Source: Malacoraja senta (lineage: Eukaryota). From it: a DNA stretch of 64,000 nt. The notes under the pieces are model-generated. The model did no database searches. It saw nothing but the letters and a program-made list of their open reading frames with translations, and was not told the origin of the DNA. The DNA is taken from positions 124,001 through 188,000 of the forward strand of contig JAXLNO010000087.1 of NCBI GenBank assembly GCA_038087875.1, written 5' to 3'. The position numbers and the translations under genes are program-made. Shown here piece after piece: positions 49,923-61,740 of this stretch. The first letter of the stretch is position 1, and every line of letters starts with the position of its first letter.

Positions 49923-52297
49923 TCAAGTCAAGTCACATTTATTTATATAGCACATTTAAAAAACAACTCTCATTGGCCAAAGTGCTTTACATTTGTTATA
50001 AGAATAGCACAACAAAACAAACTACATACATATATACATGTAGCCCTCACTCAGAGGACGTCAGGAAAGGCTTGGGAATATAGATAAGTCTTTAGTCTTG
50101 ACTTAAAAGAGTCGATGGAGGGGGCGGTTCTGATGGGAAAGGGGATGCTGTTCCACAGTCTGTGGCCTGCAACCGCAAAGGCGTGGTCGCCCCTGAGCTT
50201 ATGCCTAGACCGTGGGATATTCAGCAACCCCAAGTCGGCCGATCTGAGGGGCCTGGAGGTGGAGTGGTGTGTGAGAAGACTTTTTATGTAGGTGGGGGCA
50301 AGCCCATTGAGGGCTTTGTAGACATGGAGGAGGATCTTGAAGTTTATACGGAACCGCACAGGGAGCCAGTGGAGAGAGGCCAGGATCGGGGTGATGTGGT
50401 CCCTTTTTCGGGTGCCTGTCAGGAGTCTCGCTGCGGCGTTTTGGACCAGTTGCAGGCGGGACTGGGAAGATTGGCTGATGCCAGTGTAAAGGGAGTTGCA
50501 GTAATCCAGGCGGGAGGAGATGAATGTGTGGATGATCTTTTCCAGGTCATCAAACTGGAGGAATTGTTTTATTTTAGCTATCGTCCGAAGCTGAAAGAAG
50601 CTAGCTTTTACCACGGCATTGACTTGTTTGTCAAATTTCAGTGCTGAGTCAAATATCACGCCAAGGTTTTTGACGTGAGGTTTGAGTAGTGGGGTAAGGC
50701 TTCCAAGGCTGCCTGCTATCATTTTGATTGAGTCCGAGGGGCCGAGAAGGATGACCTCAGACTTACTCTCGTTTAGTTGGAGGAAGTTCTGGGCCATCCA
50801 ACACTTTATATCCTCGAGGCAGTGGGTAAGGTTAAAGAGATTTGATTGGTTTTTGGGCTTCAGGGGGAGATAGAGTTGTGTATCGTCTGCGTAGCAATGG
50901 AAGGAAATGCCGTGCCTTTCAATGACTTGGCCTAAGGGGAGCATATACAGGGAGAAGAGAATGGGGCCAAGGATGGAACCCCACAGCAGAGATTAGCTGG
51001 GGAGGAGAATGAGTTGCCTATGTTAGTCGAGAAACTCCTACCTTTGAGGTAGGAGATGAACCAGCTCAGGGCAGTGCCATCAATACCAACCCCATACAGG
51101 AGACGGTGAATTAGGATGGTATGGTCGACAGTATCAAATGCTGCGCTGAGGTCAAGAAGGAGCAGAATTGCACAGTCGCCGGAGTCAACGGTGAGCAGTA
51201 GGTCATTGTGTACCTTCAACAAGGCAGACTCTGTGCTATGGTGAGCCCTGAAACCTGATTGGAAAGTTTCCAAGATAGTGTTTTGGTGAAGGTAAGGTAT
51301 AAGTTGACTTAAAATTACCTTTTCAAGGGCTTTTGAGAGGAAAGGCAGTTTAGAAATGGGTCTTTAGTTGCTTGGCAAGGTGGGGTCGAGGTTAGGTTTT
51401 TTCAGGAGTGGTTGGACCACCGCATGCTTGAAGCAGGTCGGTACAATGCCAGAGCTGTTGAAGATGGCGAGGATGCTGGGACCAGCTATTGTAATGACAT
51501 CCTTTAGGAGGGCAGAGGGGACAGTGTCGAGGGGGCAGGTAGTAGGTTTCATGGTGGTGATCAGTTTTACAAGGGAGGGTAGAGTAACGGGTTGGAAACT
51601 GTCTAATTTTGAAGAGCAGACCAATGAGACAACCAGGTCACGGGTGGGAGGGGAAATATTCGTTCTTATATTCTTTACCTTGCTGGTGAAAAATGTGGTA
51701 AATTCCTCGCACTTAGCAGGGGACCCAGTTAGGCTGGTGCTGGTGGCAGGACAGATGATGGAGGTGATGGTGCTAAAGAGGACCTTGGAATTTTGAGCGT
51801 TTTTGGAGATAAGGGTGGAAAAATATTTAGTTCTTGCAGATTTTACGGCTTCCTGGTAATTGACAAGATTATTTTTCAGGAGTTCAAAGGAAATTTGAAG
51901 CATCAGATTTTTACTTCCGTTCTGATTTTCTGCATTCTCTTCTTAGGGCTCTGGTGGTATCATTGAGCCACGGCTCGCCTTTAGGCTTGGGCTTTTTCAT
52001 TTTAAGAGGAGCAACAGAATCCAGGACGGAAGAGCAGGTATTATTGAATAAAGAAATTAGGTCGTCGGTACTGAGATGAGGGGTGGACGCCTCAATAGTG
52101 CAGATGTCGGGGGCGGCTATGAGAGCCTCAGAGAACTTACTGGCCGTCGTGGAGTTAACGTAGCGGGAGTACCGAGCAGGGAGATGGGATTTTGAGGGAG
52201 AGAAAGGCAGAGATATATCAAATATAATAGCACTATGGTCAGACAGGCAGGCATCAATAATATCTGTATTACGAGTTGGGAGACCAGACAAAAGCAC
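49923..52297 (-). mobile_element. L2-clade LINE, 2.4-kb 3' portion, same young family as 21637-22890
   Basis: SDH endonuclease end, FQSGFR, LLDLSAAFD, HCYADD; its 297-aa C-terminal ORF differs from the other copy at about 11 residues. Confidence 0.94.
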
Positions 52298-52393
52298 TAG
52301 GTTTTGTCTGGTATATGTGGAGGATGTGACTAGTGGAAGATGTGACTAGTCTGAAGCCTTCTTGACTCAATATCATTCAATTCAAAATAAAAA

Positions 52394-52790
52394 CACAAAG
52401 TGGTGGAGTAGCTGAGCAGAGCAGATAGCATCTCTGGTGAACATGGATAGATGACGTTTCACAGAGTGCTGGAGTAACTCAGGGGGTCAGGCAGCATCTC
52501 TGGTGAACATGGATAGATGACGTTTCACAGAGTGCTGGAGTAACTCAGCGGGTCAGGCAACATCTGTGGAGAACATTGATAGGTGACGTTTCACAGAGTG
52601 TTGGAGTAACTCAGCGGGTCAGGCAGCATCTGTGGAGAACATGGATAGATGACGTTTCACAGATTGCTGGAGTAACTCAGCAGGTCAGGCAGTATCTCTG
52701 GAGAACATGAATAGGTGACGTTTCACAGAGTGCTGGAGTAACTCAACGGGTCAGGCAGCATCTGTGGAGAACATGGATAGGTGACGTTTC
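52394..52790. repeat. Six tandem 66-nt units derived from the Penelope terminal repeat
   Basis: CACAGAGTGCTGGAGTAACTCAGCGGGTCAGGCAGCATCTGTGGAGAACATGGATAGATGACGTTT at 52460, 52526, 52592, 52658, 52724, plus a diverged first unit. Confidence 0.92.
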
Positions 52791-53062
52791 AGGTTGGGGG
52801 GGTCTTCTGCAGACTGAGGTTGGGGTGGGCCTGGCCCAGCGCAATGCTGTAGCCGCCTTCCTCCGCCACTCCGTGCAGCTACTGCAGACTGCACTCGATC
52901 GCTCGGCTGCTGTAGGGCCTTCTGCGACCACTGCAAACACACCACCCGTATACGTGCCTCATATTCGACACAGACATTTTTAGCGAGGAGGTACTTTGTA
53001 TAATTCTAAAAATGAATGGGGAGTTATATATGATTTTACATCAATCCAAATTTTGAATCTAG

Positions 53063-53138
53063 GTATGATTACGATTCATCGCAATGGATCGATTGCTGCA
53101 GGGACCTCTACTAATGGACAACTCCACAAAATCCCAGG
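53063..53138 (+). CDS. AGA: AGA exon 6
   Basis: 76 nt, GMITIHRNGSIAAGTSTNGQLHKIPG, atctag/gtacgt. Confidence 0.93.
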
Positions 53139-54124
53139 GTACGTATGTGGTTCAAATGAACTTCCTCTCTCTGCATAAAGAACATACGAGAAATAGATTT
53201 AGCTGATGATCCAAATGCTATTTTTAGTCTTTCTTGTTCTATCTTTGACCACCCCTGGCATAGATTGATTCACCATTCAATCTTGCTCCCTGGATGAAAA
53301 TGTCAGAGGCGAGAGGTGAAGAGTTTCAGCCACTCAACGCCCTTTGTGTAAAAAAAACTTGCCCTGCACATAACCTTTAAGCTTTGCCCCTCTCACCTTA
53401 AAGCTATGCCCTCTAGCCTTTGGCATTTCCACCCTTGGGAAAATGTTCTGACTGGTCACCCTGTCTACGCCTCTCATAATGTAATATACAGTTAACCCTG
53501 TTGTAATAGATTATGGGGGGTTGGGAAATGGGGTCTGCTATTGCCAATCTGAAATAACCGAGTAAGGGATTTGCTTCAACCAACTAGTGATCACTAAGTG
53601 AAACAACAAGTTTTCAAATACAAAGTTATCTTAAACAGATAAGACTAAGTTTTCTGCATCTGTCTTCACAGTGGAAGACGCCAGCAACGTGCCAGACATG
53701 CAAAAGCCAGGGGGTAGAAGTTAGTGCAGTGGGAAGCTGAGAGGTCTAAAGGTGGATAAGTGACCTGGACTAGATGTATTACACCCCAGGGTTCTGAAAG
53801 AGATGGCTTTAGAGGCTGTGGAGGCATTGGTGGTGATCTTTCAAGAATCACTAGTCAGGAGTGGTCACAAAGAGCTGGAAAATTGTAACTCCAAATTGCA
53901 ACGATCCCTCTGCTCTACAACGCTCCCCAGAGCCCTACCATTCGCTGTGTAGGTCCTGCCCATGTTAGACTTCCCAAAATGAAACACCTCACATTTCTCT
54001 GTCACGCTGAGTTACTCAAGTATTTTGTGTTTATCTCTACTGTTGGCAATGCTGTAATCCCCGAGAACAATGACCTGTGTATGCGGGCAGTGATGGGTGT
54101 GTGATGTGTGGGTGTGTCTTACAG

Positions 54125-54232
54125 CCGTGTAGGGGATTCCCCGATCGCTGGAGCAGGTGCCTGCGCTGACAGCACAGCTGGAGCAGCAGCTGCGACCGGG
54201 AATGGAGACATCATGATGCGATTCCTCCCAAG
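54125..54232 (+). CDS. AGA: AGA exon 7
   Basis: 108 nt, [35 protein letters not shown], ttacag/gtatgg. Confidence 0.94.
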
Positions 54233-55382
54233 GTATGGCAACTCCCACCACGTTTGCAGGTGGTGAAATACGTTCGGTTTATAAGTTGTGAGCCGTTAAT
54301 TGAGCTGAAATACTTAAAACTTTGAGCCAAGTGAAACTTCCCTTGAAAAGATGCCCTGTATTCATCACAGCAGCAGTCTTAGTTTAGTTTATAGAGGCAG
54401 CGTGGAAACAGGCCCATCATGTCCGCGCCGACTCAATTGTCATAATCTCTGTATACAGACTGGTGTTGGGGTTCACTTCCATGTGGCAGTGATCGTTCAC
54501 TCCCCTCTTTTTGACTGAGTGCAGATGCTGAGTGCGTCACAGCCAAGCCTCTTATTTGATATCTACCCCCATATGGGGAAGCAGATTAGTTAATTAACTG
54601 TAGTCAAGAGCAGGAAGTCATAAGAGAAGCAGAGATAACTAGCCATCTATAAGTAATAGATAGGAAAGGTTTAGAAGGAAGACACAAAATGCTGGAGTAA
54701 CTCAGCGGGTCAGCCAGCATCTCTGGAGAGAAGGATTGGGTGACGTTTTGGGTCGAGACCCTACTCCAGTTTGAAGATGGGTCTCGACCCGCAACGTCAC
54801 CCATTCCTTCTCTCCAGAGATGCTGGCTGACCCGCTGAGTTACTCCAGCATTTTGTGTCTACCTTCGATTTAAACCTGCAGTTCTTTCCTACACAAGGTT
54901 TAGAAAGATATGGGCCATTCACGGGCAAATGCAACTAGCTTAGATGTGGTATGAAGATGGACACAAAATGCTGGAGTTACTCAGCGGATCTGACTTGAGA
55001 GTCAGGGGAGAGGGAGTCCAGAGATGTGGAAGGTGCAAAGAGGACAGATCAAAGCAGACAATGTGGTAATTTGGTTGGCATGGTTGGGCCGAAGGGCCTG
55101 TTTCTGTGTTGTATGATTGTGACTAGTTCATCGAGTTGGGTCGTTGGTTGGTGATGTTGTCCGGGAGAGGATGGGTATGTGGTAATAACTGGGAACTCAA
55201 ACAATTTTATTTTGATGTCACAATAGAATAAGAAAGGGTTGACTTCACTGGGAAGTAGAGTTTGAAAGACTGTGCAATTGGATTTGGGAAAACAAAAACA
55301 ATCTGTGGCATACTGTATATGTTTTTATTGCATCATATAGTTTTAATTTTAATTGCATGTTCAACTTTGCTCCACAAATTAG

Positions 55383-55516
55383 CTACCAGGCAGTTGAATA
55401 TATGAGAATGGGAATAGACCCAACTTTGGCATGCCAGAAAGCTATTGGAAGGATCCAAAATTATCACCCAAACTTTTTTGGGGCTCTAATCTGTGCAAAC
55501 AAGACTGGGCATTATG
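55383..55516 (+). CDS. AGA: AGA exon 8
   Basis: 134 nt, [44 protein letters not shown], aattag/gtaagt. Confidence 0.94.
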
Positions 55517-56550
55517 GTAAGTCTTTCAAACAAAGCCTACACATAGGGTCAATCTAAAATTGTCCAGGTAAGGAAAACATTATGTTAAAAACTGTGACTG
55601 ACAGAAAAACTTTCATCTTTCGATTGGTGTTTTATTTCATGTACATTTTATGGGAGCAATATTAAATGCTCAGTTTTGAAGCTTTTGCATTGAGACAGTT
55701 TATGTTCTGAAAAATAAAACTTGTCTAGAAAACTAAATTATACAGCAAAGAAACTTGAAATATTTCCATGCATTAAGATTTAGACAGACAATAGATGAAG
55801 AGGGCATATGGTATTATTGCCTTCATAGGTCAGGGCATTGAGTATGAGGGTCAGGAAGTCATGATGCAGTTCTATGGGACTTTGGTTGGGGAGTTTTGTG
55901 TGCAGTTCTGGTCATCCCATTACAGGAATGATGTGGAGTCTTTAGAAAGGGTGCAGAGGAAGTTTACCAGAATGATGCCTGCATTAGGAAGTACTAGCTC
56001 AGCAGTGTAGCGCATCAGTTCCATCGATAGTCCAATGTGAATTGAACAGTGCCCCAGCTTATGGAAGGACCGTTCACAAGCTTGATAAGAGGGGAAGAAG
56101 CTTGAGTCTTGTCGTGCGCACTTTCAAGCTTCTATACCACGGACAGGAGCCTGGAGAAGGGAGAAGAGGAATGCACAGAGTGGGATAAATATAGAAACAT
56201 AGAAAATAGGTGCAGGAGGAGGCCATTCGGCCCTTTGAATCTTTTTTTTTTTTTTTATCATAATAAAATGGAAAATGAACATCTGAAAATGCATGCGCAT
56301 GCATACCTGACAGTTAGTCGACTTTGTTAAAAGGTCAACCACCTGAAACTGTTTTTCTCCCTCACACTGATGCTGGTTGATCTAAGTTTACCAACACTTC
56401 ATGCTTTACTTTTGGTATGGCATAAAACTGAGAATAATTCCTTAAGAAATATGTAACAATCAAAATGCTGAATAATTTTCAGAATAATTAAGCTGATGCA
56501 CTATGTTAATCCCACTTACACCTTCCTGTAATTCTTCTTCTCTCTTTCAG

Positions 56551-56645
56551 GGGTTGCATGCAGTAAATCTCCAAATTTGACTCCGTTTTATTTTATGATT
56601 TTCAATCCTTCAACAGCTTCAGAAAAGATAGTTGATTGCATTTAA
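56551..56645 (+). CDS. AGA: AGA exon 9 (last coding exon)
   Basis: GVACSKSPNLTPFYFMIFNPSTASEKIVDCI-TAA after a strong polypyrimidine acceptor. Confidence 0.92.
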
Positions 56646-56725
56646 AGTTGTTGCCATCCATCCGTCATTTTCTAAAGACCTCGTCAGCTTGTGAAATTCA
56701 AACTGTCTTATGAACCGAAGTGACA

Positions 56726-56731
56726 ATTAAA
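56726..56731 (+). promoter_or_regulatory. Candidate AGA polyadenylation signal ATTAAA
   Basis: Variant hexamer 80 nt after the stop codon, followed by U/GU-rich sequence. Confidence 0.4.
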
Positions 56732-58089
56732 AGAGTTATTCTGTTAATTTTCAGAGTTGTGCTTTATGTACAAGCAGGTTAAACTATTAAGATTTCGGAA
56801 ACATTTACAGGGCCAGTACCACAGCTTATACACTATATACATGAAGCAAATTGGTCTCATGTTTATGGAGTCATACAACAGAGACATAGGCCCTTCAGTC
56901 CTGCTCATCAAAGCTGAACAAGATGTCTCAACTAAGTTAGTCCCATTTGACCACATATGGCCCATATCTTTCTATACCTTTCCTATCCATGTACCTGTTC
57001 AAAGATCTTTTAAATATTGTTAATGACCCTGCCTCAACTACCTCCTCTGGCACCTCGTTCCATATACCTTCATCCTCTCTCCGAGATCGCCAGTGGTGGA
57101 GCTCCATCCAGCGAGGCCTGTTAGCTTTGGAAGCCGCGGTCTTGGGTCAGGAAGTGGCCGTTCCAGGTATCCCAAGCCGCTGAGAGGATTCTCCCGACGC
57201 CGGAGCACCATCATCTGGCGAGAAGGGCCCGGAACATCAGGCCTCCGTAAAGGTGACTGCAGAGGCCTCAATAGGCCCAACTATGGGTGGACAAGGGGAT
57301 GGGGACTGGACTTTGCACCTTCCCTCATAATGGGAACCATTGTGGGGGGATGTTTTTATGTTTAAATTTCTTTATTATAATTCTGTTGTATTCTTTTTAA
57401 TGTGTTGCAATGGCAATCGCATTTCACTACACCAATTGGTGTATGTGACAAATAAAGAACCTTTGAACCTTTGAAAAAGCTACGTCTCAGGTTTCTATTA
57501 AATCTTTCCCATTTAATCTTAAATCTATGTCCTCTGGTTCTTGATTCCTCTACTCTGGGTAGAAGACTTTCATTGTAAATCTTCTCTGCACCCTTTCCAG
57601 CTTAACAACATGCTTCCTATAACAGGGTGATGAAAACTGAACACAATACTCTAAATGTGGCCTCACCAATGTCTTGTACAACTTTTTGAACTTGATCTCC
57701 CATCTATGACCATTGTCCAACCCATCAAAAAACCCTCTTCACATATTACCTGCCAGGCTTTGTCTGCCATACTTGTGACCTCTAGTCTTTGATATTTCCA
57801 AACTGAGAAAAATGTCGCTATTGTCCACCTGATCTATGACTTTCAAATGTTTAAATACATCTATCAGGTCTCCCCTCAACCTCCAAAGTTCCAGAGTAAA
57901 TAATCCAAGTTTGTCCAACATTTCTATACAGCTAGTAGCCTCGAAGACAGGCATTATTCTGGTTAACCTTCTCAGCACCCCCTCCCAAAGCCTCCACATC
58001 CTTTCTGTAATGTGGTGAATAAAGCTGTAAAATACCATACAATAGAATTTTTTCGCAGGAGGGAAATTGATCTGCCAAGTCATAAGATA

Positions 58090-58545
58090 CAGGACACATG
58101 AAATGAGTGGAAAGTCCAGGATTGGGGATGTGTAGATGGGGGGGGGGGGGGGGGGAGTCTCAGTCTACCCCACAACAGAAGAGGGAGGAGTTGTACAGAT
58201 TGATAGCCACAGGGAAGAAGGATCTCCAGTGGCGTTTCGTGCTGCATCTTGGTGGGCCCAGTCTGTTGCTGAAGGTGCTCCTCAGGTTGGCCAGTGTGTC
58301 ATGGAGGGGGTGAGCTGTATTGTCCAGGATGCTCTGCAGTTTGAGGAGCATCCTCCCCTCCAACACCACCTCCAGTGACTCCAACTCCACCCCAGGATGG
58401 AGCTAGCCTTCCTGATGAGTTTGTTAATTCTGTTGGAGTCCACGGCCTTCGCCCTGCTGCCCCAGCACACGACAGCGAAGAAGATGGCACTGGCCACCAC
58501 CGATCGATAGAACATCTGCAGCATCTTACTGCAGACGTTGATAGA
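58090..58545 (-). mobile_element. Rex1/Babar LINE 3' fragment
   Basis: MLQMFYRSVVASAIFFAVVCWG, ILDNTAHPLH, RSFFPVAINLYN. Confidence 0.85.
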
Positions 58546-60890
58546 GCACAAACACAAATAAACTTATAAGCAATAAAAAATAAAATAAAACACAAAGGAA
58601 AACAAACAAATAAGTAACTCAAATAATACAAATAATATCGTTCATGTTCAAAAGGGGTAAGAAGAAGTTCGAAAACTTTTCTGGTCCTACCCCCTCTTAT
58701 TTTCTATACATTTTCATGGAAAAAACAAAATAATGGGAACAAATGGACCCAAAATCTGTTGAACAGTCCACAAACAAGAAATAACCAAACAGAAAAGAAA
58801 ATCACTGGTCCAGCTCATAACCATTCAATCTTGTTTCTGAAGAGTGTTTTTAGTTTGAATAGAGTCTTACATTTTTTCAGCTCATCATGGCAGTTATTCC
58901 AGAGACTAACACCCTTTGCTGTAACACAATGGAGTTTTGCATTAGTTCTTATTGCTGGTTTTTCGAATATATAGGTTCCTCTCAGGTTGTGTTTGCTTTC
59001 TCTCCGTTGGAACAACCCCTGAATATTACAAGGCAATTGCTGATTTGCTGCTTTGAACATAATTTGGATAGTTTTATAATCTGTCAGATCTTGACATTTT
59101 AATGTTTTAAGTCTGATAAATAATGGTTTTGTTGATTGTCTATAGGTGGTTTTATGTATAATTCGTATTGCTCTTTTTTGGAGGATGAAGATTGGATGTG
59201 TATTTGTTTTGTATGTGTTTCCCTATACCTCCACACAGTAGATCATGTATGGGAGTATGAGGGAGCAGTACAACATATACAGGGAGGCTTGATTTAGCAG
59301 GTCTCTGGCTTTATTCAGTATTGCAATTGATTTCAATATTTTGGCTTTAATATAATTTATGTGAGATTTCCAAGTTAATTTGTTGTCAATTAATACTCTA
59401 AGTAATTTTATTTCAGATACTCTTTCTATTTCTGTGCCATTTATCATGAGCTTTTTCTCTGTGTTGGTTGATCGATTTCCAAATATTATGAATTTTGTTT
59501 TACTTAAATTCAATGTGAGTTTATTTTCGTCAAACCAGATCTTCATCCTGCTCAATTCCTTTTCCATACTATCCAGGAGCTGTTCCAAGTTGTCTCCACA
59601 GCAGAGTAAGTTAGTATCATCAGCAAAGAGAATAGTTTCAAGAGTTTTTGACACTTCACATATATTATTGATATACAAAATGAATAATAATGGCCCTAAC
59701 ACTGAGCCCTGAGGCACCCCACACGTAACCTGCAGTAATTGTGATTGATGGTTTTGTATTTCGACATATTGTTCCTGGTTCTGTAGGTAGCTGAATAGCC
59801 ATGATAATGCGATGCCTCTAATGCCATATCTTTGTAGTTTCTTTATTAATAACTCGTGGTCTACGGTGTCAAATGCTTTTTTTAAGTCCAAAAAAATCCC
59901 TACTGCATACTCTTTATTTTCTATTGCCTTAGTAATTTTTTCTATAAATTCAATAATTGCAAATGAAGTTGTTCTGTTAGCTCTAAAACCATATTGTTGT
60001 TCGTACAGTATGTTATGTTTGGTGATAAATTCGTCCAGTCTTGTGTAAAATATTTTTTCCAGTATTTTGGAGAACTGTGGAAGCAATGAAATGGGTCTGT
60101 AATTTGAAAGTACATGTTTGTCTCCAGTTTTATATATTGGTATGACTTTTGCTGTTTTCATTTTGTTGGGAAATACACCGGTTTGAAGGGACTGATTACA
60201 AATGTGTCAGAGGTCTTGCTATGCATTCTATAATGTTTTTAACTGTAAACATGTCAATATCATGACAGTCTGTGGATTTCTTACTCTTGAGTTTTTTTAC
60301 AGTGTCAATAATTTCTTTTTCTTCAGTCCCTCTTATAAATATTGTATCCTTTACATATATCTCTTTACTTTCTACACTATCGCTGCTACCAGTCTTTACA
60401 ATTTTTCCGGACAAATCAGGACCAACACCAACAAAGAATTTGTTGAATTCGTTTGCAGCTGAGGCCATATCAGTGATTATTGTGTTGTTTTTAGACAGGA
60501 AATGGTTTGGGTATTGTGCCTTTCCATTTCCTTTTTTAATTATGGCATTTAATACATTCCATGTATTTTTAATATTGTTTTTGTTGTTCTCCAGTAACTT
60601 ACTATAGTGATCGATTTTGCTGCATCTCATGATTTTTGTTAGTTTGTTTTTATATGTCCTATATTTTTCTTCAGCTTCTGCTGTTCTTTTCTTTAAAAAA
60701 ATGTTGTACAAAATTTTCTTTTCCTTACATGCATTTAATATTCCTTTACTTATCCATGGTTTATCAGCATATGTTAGTTTCACTATTTTCTTTGCTAGAG
60801 GACTTTTTTCGTACAGTCCTGATACAATTGACAGAAATGATTCGCAGGCTATATTTACATCTTTTACATAAACTTTGTTCCAATCTTGTT
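58546..60890 (-). mobile_element. AT-rich Crack/Daphne-like (L2 group) LINE, RT region
   Basis: AKVIPIYK, NYRPISLLPQFSKILEK, QYGFR, FLDLKKAFDTVDH, GVPQGSVLGPLLF, LFADD (ORF 59223-60161). Confidence 0.85.
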
Positions 60891-61051
60891 TCGATAGGTC
60901 TTCTCTCACTGATGCAGCCCATAATTGCAGAGTCATCCAAAAACTTCTGCAGGTGGTAGGAATCCGAGTTGTACTTGAAGTCCAAGGTGTAGATGGTGAA
61001 TGGAAGGAGAGAGGACCATCACCCTGTGGGGCCCCTGTGTTGCTCACTTCT

Positions 61052-61622
61052 GTGTACAGGGCCCTGGTGAGACCGGACCTGGAATATTGTGTGCAGTTCT
61101 GGTCCCCTAATTTGAGGAAGGACATTCTTGTTATTGAGGGAGTGCAGCGTAGGTTCACCAGGTTAATTCCCTGGATGGCGGGACTGTAATATGCTGAGAG
61201 AATGGAGCGGCTGGGCTTGTATACTCTGGAATTTAGAAGGATGATGGGGAATCTTATTGAAACATATTATTAAGGGTTTGGACACGCTAGAGGCAAGAAA
61301 CATGTTCCCAATGTTGGGGGAGTCCAGAACCAGAGGCCACAGTTTAAGAATAAGGGGTAAGCCATTTAGAACGGAGATGAGGAAACACTTTTTCACACAG
61401 AGAATTGTGAGTCTTTGGAATTCTCTGCCTGAGAGGGCGGTGGAGGCCGGTTCTCTTTAAAGAGAGAGCTAGATAGGGCTCTTAAAGATAGCAGACTTAG
61501 GGGATATGGGGAGAAGGCAGGAACGGAGTACTGATTGTGGATGATCATCCATGATTACATTGAAAGGTGGTGGTGGCGGCTCGAAGGGCCGAATGGCCTA
61601 CTCCTGCACCTATTGTCTATTG
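61052..61622 (+). mobile_element. CR1 LINE 3' fragment
   Basis: [18 protein letters not shown]..., with tail. Confidence 0.9.
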
Positions 61623-61740
61623 AGGGAGTGCAGCATAGATTCATGAGGTTAATTCATGGAACGGCAGGACTGACATATGATAGAAGGGGTCGCCTGGGCT
61701 TATATTGACTGGAATTTAGAAGGATGAGAGGGGATCAATT

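Larger units (their letters stand above)
41221..56645 (+). other. AGA: AGA locus, exons 3-9 (5'-truncated copy; functional status unresolved)
   Basis: Seven exons in order, GT-AG, in phase, ending VDCI-stop like human AGA; signal-peptide/NTWPF exon and CDGSVGFGGSPDE exon not found upstream. Confidence 0.9.

Noticed and set aside
60196..61158. 320-aa ORF as a novel gene
   Set aside because: Chance read-through across antisense CR1, out-of-frame Rex1 and Crack-like fragments
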